A stretch of 64,000 bases of DNA, taken from assembly GCA_944372345.1 (NCBI GenBank), contig CALVYT010000008.1, forward strand, positions 10,690 through 74,689, given 5' to 3'. This document shows positions 47,781-55,310 of the stretch, piece by piece. The stretch comes from an uncultured Clostridia bacterium. Lineage in GTDB: Bacteria > Bacillota > Clostridia > Christensenellales > Pumilibacteraceae. Position numbers and translations under genes: made by a program. The number at the start of each line of letters is the position of its first letter. Position 1 is the stretch's first letter. A model generated the notes under the pieces. It did not search any database. It worked only from the letters and a program-made list of their open reading frames with translations, and was not told the origin of the DNA.

Positions 47781-48749
47781 TTACATTAAATTTTCGGAAT
47801 TTTTCTCAATTTCCGACGGCGTGCGCCCCTCGTCCGGCAATTCCGTGCGGAAAAGCACGGTGTAACCCGCTCTGTCGCCCTCCGCTTCCCCCTTGACGAC
47901 GAACGGCGGCTCCCCGGTCTTTACGAGAAGAGCGGTATATCCGCCGCCTTTACCGACGACGGGAAAGCCCCCCTCGGCAAGCCGCGTATCGTCCGCACGG
48001 ACGGCGAACGCTCTGCCTCCGTCCGTCACGATATTTACGGGGCGTTCGGAAACGAACTTCGCGACGTACGCCGAACGCGGATCGACGGCGACGTCCTCCG
48101 CCGCGCCGCTGCGCACTATCCGGCCGCCGCGCATCACCGCGCAGCAATCTCCCGCATATGCGAGATCGCCGCCGTTCGGCGTCGCGATAACAGCCGCGCA
48201 GTCGCCTATCGTTTCCCTGACGCGCAAAAGCAGCGACCGCGCTTCCGCGCGCTCGTCCGCGGTCATATCTCTGTACGGATCGTAAAACAGCGCGATCCTC
48301 GCCCGCCGCGTCAGCAGCCGCGCCAGCTCCGCTTTCATCCGCTCGGGCGGCGTCAGCGACGCCGCCGAGCGGCGCAGCAGTCCGCTTATGCCCAGCGCTT
48401 CCGCCGCTTCCTCCGCCCTGCGTTTCGCCTCTTTCCCCGAAACCCGGCGCAGGCGCAGTCCGTAAGTCAGGTTGCGCTCCACGCTGCCGCCGAGCGGCAG
48501 CTTTTTCCCGCGCGACAAAAACGCGTCCCGTTCGCGCGGTGAAAGCGAAAGCGCGTCCCTGCCGTCGAAAAGCAGTTCGCCGGAGTCCGCGTTCAGCAGT
48601 CCGCCGACTATGCCGAGCACCGTGCGTTTGCCCGACCCCGGCTCGCCCGCGATACCGAATACGCCGTCCTCCACGTTCAGCGAAACGTCCTCCGCGCCGA
48701 GCGTGTCGAGATCGTATTTCTTCGTGATGTTTTTCAGTTCGAGTTTCAT
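47781..48749 (-). CDS. MalK/UgpC-like ABC ATPase homolog with degenerate catalytic motifs (probable pseudo-ATPase)
   Basis: Collinear with MalK, including the C-terminal regulatory domain. Walker A is GEPGSGKRT, the signature is LTPPE, Walker B is LFYDP, and the H-loop is ATPN. Confidence 0.75.
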   Translation of the reverse strand: MKLELKNITKKYDLDTLGAEDVSLNVEDGVFGIAGEPGSGKRTVLGIVGGLLNADSGELLFDGRDALSLSPRERDAFLSRGKKLPLGGSVERNLTYGLRLRRVSGKEAKRRAEEAAEALGISGLLRRSAASLTPPERMKAELARLLTRRARIALFYDPYRDMTADERAEARSLLLRVRETIGDCAAVIATPNGGDLAYAGDCCAVMRGGRIVRSGAAEDVAVDPRSAYVAKFVSERPVNIVTDGGRAFAVRADDTRLAEGGFPVVGKGGGYTALLVKTGEPPFVVKGEAEGDRAGYTVLFRTELPDEGRTPSEIEKNSENLM

Positions 48750-48955
48750 ATGCCGTTGCCGCCGTGCGTCGGCCGACCTCGCCGATCGGGGTTATCCGAA
48801 CCGGACAGAAAATTCATAAAACCGACGGTGTTCATGCCGTTCTCATCCGCTACCGGACGAATACCTCTTCCGGTGACGATTTCTCCGAAAGGATCTCCTG
48901 CCTTATGAAAATGCCTTTCCTGTCGCAATGTCGCAATTATTCTGAGATTATATTC

Positions 48956-48984
48956 ATTATAACCGATGACATTCCGTATGTCAA
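48956..48984 (-). promoter_or_regulatory. consensus sigma-A promoter for the malK-like/glgB/glgA operon, giving a roughly 200-nt leader
   Basis: Reverse strand: TTGACA (48979-48984), 17 nt, TATAAT (48956-48961). Confidence 0.6.
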
Positions 48985-49030
48985 ACGTCTGTCCGCAGGT
49001 CCGGAAACGGCTATATCGCAAAACCCGCGA

Positions 49031-49140
49031 AAAACGCTTGCATATTCGCGCGGGCGGGTATATTATATTTTTGTATGCAATTTTCGGTAAAGGCGGTCAA
49101 ACGCTTGCATAATTATGCGCGCGGGTGTATAATATGCAAT
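49031..49140 (+). promoter_or_regulatory. tandemly duplicated promoter/operator module upstream of argC
   Basis: P1 is TTGCAT (49038), 17 nt, TATTAT (49061). P2 is TTGCAT (49105), 17 nt, TATAAT (49128). The palindrome GCATAATTATGC (49107-49118) overlaps the P2 -35, and TATGCAAT follows each -10. Confidence 0.5.
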
Positions 49141-49187
49141 ATAGCGCGGTAAAAGCGCGGCGTAAGGATAAAGAGGCGGAAACGGAT

Positions 49188-50204
49188 ATGATAAAAGCCG
49201 GGATAATAGGCGCAAACGGATATACGGGGTTCGAGCTGATGCGGCTGCTCGCGCAGCACCCCGACGCGGAGGTCGCGTTCGCGGCGTCGCGCAGTCTTGC
49301 GGGAAAGCGGGTCGCGGAAACGTACCCCACTCTCGCGGGGGCTTACGGGGATATGACGTATTCGGACGTCGATCTCGCGGAAGCGGCAAAGTGCGACGTA
49401 GTGTTCGCGTGCCTGCCGCACGGCGAAAGCGCGGAGATATGCGGCAAACTCGTCGACGCGGGAACGCGGGTGATCGACCTTTCGGCGGACTACCGCTACG
49501 ACGACGTTTCGCTGTATGAGAGCACATACAAAAAGGAGCACCCGAGAAAGGATCTGCTCGCCGAAGCGGTATACGGACTGCCCGAGTTTGACCGCAAAGC
49601 GATCGCGGGGGCGAGGCTGATCGGCAATCCCGGCTGCTACGTCACGGCGAGCGTGCTGGCGATAAAGCCCCTCGTTTCGGCAGGAGTCATCGACCCGCGC
49701 ACCGTCATAATAGACGCCAAGAGCGGCGTGAGCGGCGCGGGGCGCAAAGCGGACGTGGCGTATAACGCGAACGAAGTGGAGGGCAGCTTCAAGGCGTATG
49801 CCGTCGCGACGCACCGCCACACGACGGAGATAGAGGAAAAGAGCGGGGCGGTCGTCACGTTCGTCCCCCACCTTCTCCCGATCAAGCGCGGCATACTCGC
49901 GACGATATACTGCGATCTTATGCCGAACAAAACGGAAAATGACGCGAAAGCGGCGTACTCCGTCTATGACGGCGAGCCGTTCGTGCATTTCATCGGAAAC
50001 GACCTGCCCGAGATCAAGTCGGCGGCGGGCAGCAACTGCTGTTACATAGGGCTGCGCCGCGAAGAAAAGACTAACAGGCTGATCGTCGTATCGTGCATCG
50101 ATAATCTGATCAAAGGCGCGAGCGGTCAGGCGGTGCAGAATATGAACATAATGTTCGGACTGCCCGAGACGGAGGGGCTTCCCCTCGTCGGATTTCATTT
50201 GTGA
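49188..50204 (+). CDS. argC: N-acetyl-gamma-glutamyl-phosphate reductase
   Basis: MIKAGIIGANGYTGFELMRLL...GNPGCY (catalytic Cys). Confidence 0.93.
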   Translation: MIKAGIIGANGYTGFELMRLLAQHPDAEVAFAASRSLAGKRVAETYPTLAGAYGDMTYSDVDLAEAAKCDVVFACLPHGESAEICGKLVDAGTRVIDLSADYRYDDVSLYESTYKKEHPRKDLLAEAVYGLPEFDRKAIAGARLIGNPGCYVTASVLAIKPLVSAGVIDPRTVIIDAKSGVSGAGRKADVAYNANEVEGSFKAYAVATHRHTTEIEEKSGAVVTFVPHLLPIKRGILATIYCDLMPNKTENDAKAAYSVYDGEPFVHFIGNDLPEIKSAAGSNCCYIGLRREEKTNRLIVVSCIDNLIKGASGQAVQNMNIMFGLPETEGLPLVGFHL

Positions 50205-50218
50205 GGTAAAAGGTAAAG

Positions 50219-51094
50219 ATGAGCGACGCATACGATCTTATAATACAGAAAGCTCAGACGCTGGTGGAGGCTCTGCCGTATATCAGGGTATTCGGCAACA
50301 AATACGTCGTGATCAAATACGGCGGCAACGCGATGAACGACCCGAAGATCATCAAGACGATCCTGCAGGACGTTGCGGCTCTCAAAGCCGTCGGGGTGTT
50401 CCCCGTTCTCGTTCACGGCGGCGGACCGGAGATCAACGCCATGCTCGCACGCGTGGGCAAAGAAAGCAAATTCGTCGGCGGACTGCGCGTCACCGACAAA
50501 GAGACGATGGACGTCGTGCAGATGATCCTGTGCGGCAAGATAAACAAGAACATCTGCGCGCAGCTGTGCACGATGGGCGTCAAAGCCGTCGGGCTCAGCG
50601 GCAAGGACGGCGGGCTCATACGCGTAAAGAAAAAACCTCCCGTCGGCGGCGTGGATTACGGCTACGTCGGCGAGATCGTCGAAGTGAACGGGGATATGAT
50701 AGAAAACCTCTGTCTGGAAGATTTCGTGCCCGTGATAGCTTCCGTCGGCGCGGACGAAAACGGCGAGGGCTACAACATCAACGCGGACACCGCCGCGGGC
50801 GAGATAGGCGCGGCGATAGGCGCGGAAAAGCTGATATACTTAACGGACATAGACGGCATACGCTTAAAGCCGGACGACCCGTCCACCCTGCTTCCCGAAG
50901 TCACGACGGCGGAGGTAAAACGGCTGATCGACGACGGTACGGTCTCCGGCGGGATGATACCCAAAGTCAAGGGCTGCGTCACCGCCGTGGAAAAGGGCAT
51001 AAACAACGTACACATAATAAACGGCACGATCCCCCACTCCATACTCGTGGAGCTGTTCACGGACAAAGGTATCGGAACTCTGATAAAGAAATGA
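50219..51094 (+). CDS. argB: acetylglutamate kinase
   Basis: YVVIKYGGNAM...LVHGGGPEI. Confidence 0.93.
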   Translation: MSDAYDLIIQKAQTLVEALPYIRVFGNKYVVIKYGGNAMNDPKIIKTILQDVAALKAVGVFPVLVHGGGPEINAMLARVGKESKFVGGLRVTDKETMDVVQMILCGKINKNICAQLCTMGVKAVGLSGKDGGLIRVKKKPPVGGVDYGYVGEIVEVNGDMIENLCLEDFVPVIASVGADENGEGYNINADTAAGEIGAAIGAEKLIYLTDIDGIRLKPDDPSTLLPEVTTAEVKRLIDDGTVSGGMIPKVKGCVTAVEKGINNVHIINGTIPHSILVELFTDKGIGTLIKK

Positions 51095-51125
51095 TCGCGC
51101 GCGGGCAGTGCGCGGAGGTAACGAA

Positions 51126-52325
51126 ATGGATCTCGAAAAGATCAGGGAAATAGAAAAAGAACACTATATGAAGCTGTTTAAGCGCAGCCATATATGCTTC
51201 GAACGCGGCGAGGGCTGCACGCTCTACGACACCGCGGGACACGCGTACACCGACTTTTTCGGCGGTATCGCCGTGAACTGCCTCGGCTACAACGATCCCG
51301 AGCTCGTCGAAGCCGTCCGCGTACAAGCAGGCAAACTGATGCACACATCCAATCTCTACTATAACGTGCCCCAGGCGGAACTCACCGAACGGCTCACCCG
51401 CGACGGTATGTTCTCCCGCGTGTTCTTCTGCAACAGCGGCGCGGAAGCCAACGAGTGCGCGATCAAGATAGTGCGCAAGCTCGCAAGTATGACGGGCAGC
51501 GGCAAAACGACGATACTGACGGCGAACGAGTCCTTCCACGGGCGCACGCTCGCCACCGTCACGGCGACGGGACAGGACAAATATTCCGCGCCGTTCGCTC
51601 CCCTTCCCGCAGGGTTCAGGCACGTTCCGTTCAACGACCTCGACGCTCTGCGCGAGGCGACCACGCCCGACGTGGGCGCGATAATGCTCGAATGCATACA
51701 GGGCGAGGGCGGACTTCGCCCCGCGACTTACGACTACCTCGTCGGCGCGTATGCGTTCGCCAAGCAAAAAGGCATACTGCTCATACTCGACGAAGTGCAG
51801 ACGGGCACGGGGCGCACGGGCAAGTTCTACTGTTTCGAGCATTACGGCATTCAGCCCGACATAGTGACGCTCGCAAAAGGATTGGGCGGCGGCGTGCCGA
51901 TAGCGTGCTGCCTGGCGCGCGGCGAAGCGGCGGAAGCGCTTTGCCCAGGCGACCACGGCACGACGTTCGGCGGCAATCCCCTCGCCTGCGCGGCGGCTAA
52001 CGTCGTCGTCGGCAAGCTGCAGGACGGCGACCTGCTCGACCGCGTAACGAAAGCCGGGGACTATCTCGCCGACTCGCTGTCGCGCAAACTCGCGCGGCAC
52101 AAGTTCGTGCTCGACATACGCGGCAAAGGACTGCTGCGCGGCATTCAGCTGGACGAAAAGATAAGCGCGACTGCTGTCGCGGGGATGATGATGAGTCTGG
52201 GCGTGATAATAGGCACCTGCGGGCACAACACGCTGCGCATAGCCCCGCCGTATATCATTTCCGAAGCGGAAACGGACGATATGACGGACAAGCTGGAAAC
52301 GATCTTTTCCAATACGAATATCTGA
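51126..52325 (+). CDS. argD: acetylornithine aminotransferase
   Basis: A class-III aminotransferase: FFCNSGAEANE, DEVQTGTGRTG, TLAKGLGGG. The ATG at 51126 follows GGAGG. Confidence 0.9.
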   Translation: MDLEKIREIEKEHYMKLFKRSHICFERGEGCTLYDTAGHAYTDFFGGIAVNCLGYNDPELVEAVRVQAGKLMHTSNLYYNVPQAELTERLTRDGMFSRVFFCNSGAEANECAIKIVRKLASMTGSGKTTILTANESFHGRTLATVTATGQDKYSAPFAPLPAGFRHVPFNDLDALREATTPDVGAIMLECIQGEGGLRPATYDYLVGAYAFAKQKGILLILDEVQTGTGRTGKFYCFEHYGIQPDIVTLAKGLGGGVPIACCLARGEAAEALCPGDHGTTFGGNPLACAAANVVVGKLQDGDLLDRVTKAGDYLADSLSRKLARHKFVLDIRGKGLLRGIQLDEKISATAVAGMMMSLGVIIGTCGHNTLRIAPPYIISEAETDDMTDKLETIFSNTNI

Positions 52326-52358
52326 TATTACCGCCCGCGGCCGGGCGGCGGAGGAATA

Positions 52359-53318
52359 ATGAAATTCGAAGACTACAAGCCTACGGGCAAGATAAGCAAC
52401 AAGCATATGCTCACTCTGATGGACTATTCCACGGAGGAGATATTCGAACTGCTCGCCTGCGCGGTCGAGCTCAAACGCAAGCAGTACGCGCGCGAAAAGC
52501 ACGACTATCTCGCGGGGAAAACGCTCGCGATGATATTCGAGAAATCGTCCACGCGCACGCGCATTTCCTTCGAGCAGGGCATCCGCCAGCTCGGCGGCTA
52601 TCCTATGTTCCTCTCCTCGCGCGACATACAGCTGGGACGCGGCGAGCCGATACGCGACACCGTGCGCGTTATGGAGCGGATGAACATAGACGGGATAATG
52701 ATCCGCACCTACAAGCAGACCGATCTCGAAGAGCTCGCCCGCTACGGGCATATCCCCGTCATAAACGGACTGACCGACGACTTCCACCCCTGCCAGGTGC
52801 TCGCGGATCTGCTCACCGTTTACGAGGAGTTCGGCACGTTCGAGGGCAAGAAACTCGTGTTCTTCGGCGAGGGATTCAATATGGCCAACTCGCTGATGCT
52901 CGGCTGCGCCAAGGTCGGTATGGACGTATGTATCTGCGCGCCCGAGGGCTTCGCTCCCCGCGCGGACGTCGTCGAGGAAGCAAGAAAAAGCGCTCATAAC
53001 GGTGCGAAAGTCGTCGTTACGTCGGACATCGAGGAAGCGATAGCGGGCGCGAACGCCGTTTATACGGACGTGTTCTTCTCTATGGGACAGGACAAAGACC
53101 CCGCCAAGGAAGCCGCGCTCATGCCTATGCAGGTCAATGCGGCGATGATGAAAAAAGCCGCGACGGACGCAATCTTCCTGCACTGTCTGCCCGCGCACCG
53201 CGGCGAAGAAGTCACCGACGAGGTGATGGAGGGCGCGCAGTCGCGCATATTCCCCGAAGCGGAGAACAGGCTGCACGCGCAGAAAGCCGTTATGTATATG
53301 CTGATGAAGGACAACTGA
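52359..53318 (+). CDS. argF: ornithine carbamoyltransferase
   Basis: STRTRISFE, HPCQ, HCLPAHRGEE. Confidence 0.93.
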   Translation: MKFEDYKPTGKISNKHMLTLMDYSTEEIFELLACAVELKRKQYAREKHDYLAGKTLAMIFEKSSTRTRISFEQGIRQLGGYPMFLSSRDIQLGRGEPIRDTVRVMERMNIDGIMIRTYKQTDLEELARYGHIPVINGLTDDFHPCQVLADLLTVYEEFGTFEGKKLVFFGEGFNMANSLMLGCAKVGMDVCICAPEGFAPRADVVEEARKSAHNGAKVVVTSDIEEAIAGANAVYTDVFFSMGQDKDPAKEAALMPMQVNAAMMKKAATDAIFLHCLPAHRGEEVTDEVMEGAQSRIFPEAENRLHAQKAVMYMLMKDN

Positions 53319-53334
53319 GCCCGAGGCGGACGCT

Positions 53335-53859
53335 ATGGAAAAGATAACGGAATACTACATTCGCCGCGCTTCCGAAGAGGACGCGACGGAGATACAGATA
53401 ATAATGCACGCGGCGTTCTCGGGATATCTCGAGGACATCGGCAATACTTACAAGCTGCACGCGCTCACCGAGAGCACGGACGACATCATATCCGATATAC
53501 GCGATCACGCGGTATTCGTTGCGATCACGCCCGACGGCAGCGTGATAGGCTCTATCCGTATCAAGAAACTCACTGACGACCTCGCCTATATCTACCGCTT
53601 CGGAGTACACCCCTCGATGAAAAACGCGGGCGTGGGCAGCCGCCTGCTCGCCGCCGCCATCGACTACTGCGTGGGCTGCCGCGTCAAAGCCGTCGCTCTG
53701 CACACGAACACCAAGTTCTTTACGCTCGTGCGCTACTACTACGGCAAACGCTTCTTCGTGCATTCCACCGCCACCGATAAGGGATATATCCGCGCCCTGT
53801 TCGTCAAAGAACTCTCCGCCGACCATAATTACGACATAACCCCCGCTTTTCGGGAGTAA
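53335..53859 (+). CDS. GNAT-family N-acetyltransferase (last gene of the arg cluster)
   Basis: 174 aa with acetyl-CoA motif A, RFGVHPSMKNAGVGSRLL. Confidence 0.8.
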   Translation: MEKITEYYIRRASEEDATEIQIIMHAAFSGYLEDIGNTYKLHALTESTDDIISDIRDHAVFVAITPDGSVIGSIRIKKLTDDLAYIYRFGVHPSMKNAGVGSRLLAAAIDYCVGCRVKAVALHTNTKFFTLVRYYYGKRFFVHSTATDKGYIRALFVKELSADHNYDITPAFRE

Positions 53860-53866
53860 GTGTTTT

Positions 53867-53906
53867 GCGGGGAAAACCTTTCCTTGTAAGGAAAGGTTTT
53901 CCCCGC
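53867..53906 (+). terminator. 18-bp hairpin after the GNAT gene
   Basis: GCGGGGAAAACCTTTCCTT-GTA-AGGAAAGGTTTTCCCCGC, with no T-run. Confidence 0.55.
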
Positions 53907-53931
53907 GCCCCTTTCCCAAGGAACTTAAAAT

Positions 53932-54162
53932 CTCTTCGGTTGCGCCTGCGGCGCTAACCGTTTCACGCGCCTGCGCGATCTTTTTGCGAATCTGCGGCGG
54001 TTTCGGGTCGGCGCAGGGTATCATTGCGCCGACCGCTTCCGCGTCCGCTCGCTCCGAGAACCGCCGCATTCACTACAAAAATCTCTGCGCATTCGCTGCG
54101 AATTCTGTAATTCGGCAAACTACTCTCCCGCAGAAATAAGATGCGCACGGCGAGCCGTGCGC
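53932..54162. repeat. left arm of a roughly 230-bp imperfect inverted repeat
   Basis: It aligns block-wise with the reverse complement of 54389-54620 and ends in the palindrome GCGCACGGCGAGCCGTGCGC. Confidence 0.8.
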
Positions 54163-54388
54163 GATTCTTTATTTGAGTTTCAAGCATTGCGGTATAAGAG
54201 GCAAGTTTATTCTGTTTGCCACCCCGCGAAAATAGCGAGGGCGGAAAAGACTACGCTTGCTCCGCTCACGCCCCGTTTGCCCTGCGGCGTTCAAATATAG
54301 CTTTTCTCCGCAAACACCGTTGCGCCCGTAACGGCAAAGCACACTTGCCCTTTCCGGCAAGCGTGCCCATTTTTACGATAATACTTTC

Positions 54389-54620
54389 GCGCACGGCTCG
54401 CCGTGCGCGTCTTATTCCTGCGTGAAACCTGCTTGTCGTTTGGCAGAATTCGCAGCGAATGCGAGCGTATTTCGGCAGGGAATGGCACGTTTTCGGAGCG
54501 AGCGGAGGCGGAAGCGGTCACGGCTGGGTGACCCCGCCGTGACCCGAAAACGTGACAGGTTCGCCGAAAGCCGCCGCAGGCGCGCCATAAGGGAAGCGCG
54601 CGGAGCGCGCAACCGAAGAG
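54389..54620. repeat. right arm of the inverted repeat (overlaps the 3' end of cwlD)
   Basis: It starts with GCGCACGGCTCGCCGTGCGC and ends with GCGCAACCGAAGAG, the reverse complement of the left-arm start CTCTTCGGTTGCGC. Confidence 0.8.
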
Positions 54621-55306
54621 TCCCATTCAAGCAGGGCGACTATGCCGGAATATACGGCATAGGCGACCTTACGCTGGTATTCGGGCGTAACGAGCAAAGA
54701 TTCCTCGCGGGCATTGGACATAAATCCGCACTCGACGAGCACCCCGGGATACGGCGTGCAGCCGAGTATGTAATAGTCCGCGCTTTTTGCCGCCCTGTCG
54801 CAGCCGAGCGCGGCGTTGAGTACGTTCTGCATACGTTCCGCGTAGTCCGCGCTCGTTTCCGCTCCCTCGAAATAGAACACCTGCGCGCCCGAAACGCTGC
54901 GCAGCGGATAATAATTCTGATGCACGCTGACGACGAGATCGGGCTGCGCCTGCTCTATTATCTCCTTTCTGCGCCGCATATCCGACTGCTTGAAACTTTC
55001 GCCGGGCGACGCGAGATCGACGTCGCTGTCGCGCGTCATCACGACCGTATACCCCGCCTCGCGCAGGAAATGCCGCAGACTGAGCGATATGCCGAGATTG
55101 ACGTCCGCCTCCTTTTTGCCCGTATCCGTACCCACCACGCCGCCGTCCGCTCCGCCGTGACCCGGATCTATGACGATAGTCATACCGTTGGACGCAACGG
55201 CGCGGACGGACGCGGAAACGCACGCCGCGGCGACGATCCCCGCCATGACCGCGACTGCGACCGCAACCGCTATAACGGATCGTTTGGAAAATACCACGAA
55301 TCTCAT
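54518..55306 (-). CDS. cwlD: N-acetylmuramoyl-L-alanine amidase, CwlD-like (Amidase_3)
   Basis: An N-terminal TM, then IVIDPGHGGADGG...EADVNL...SVHQN. The last roughly 34 codons lie inside the repeat arm. Confidence 0.85.
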   Translation of the reverse strand: MRFVVFSKRSVIAVAVAVAVMAGIVAAACVSASVRAVASNGMTIVIDPGHGGADGGVVGTDTGKKEADVNLGISLSLRHFLREAGYTVVMTRDSDVDLASPGESFKQSDMRRRKEIIEQAQPDLVVSVHQNYYPLRSVSGAQVFYFEGAETSADYAERMQNVLNAALGCDRAAKSADYYILGCTPYPGVLVECGFMSNAREESLLVTPEYQRKVAYAVYSGIVALLEWDSSVARSARFPYGAPAAAFGEPVTFSGHGGVTQP

Positions 55307-55310
55307 AAGC

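Noticed and set aside
48746-49021. A 91-aa reverse-strand ORF overlapping the malK-like start (ATGA).
   Set aside because: It needs a TTG start without an RBS, and a perfect TTGACA-17-TATAAT promoter lies inside it. I treat the region as a 5' leader; a shorter 29-codon leader peptide remains possible.
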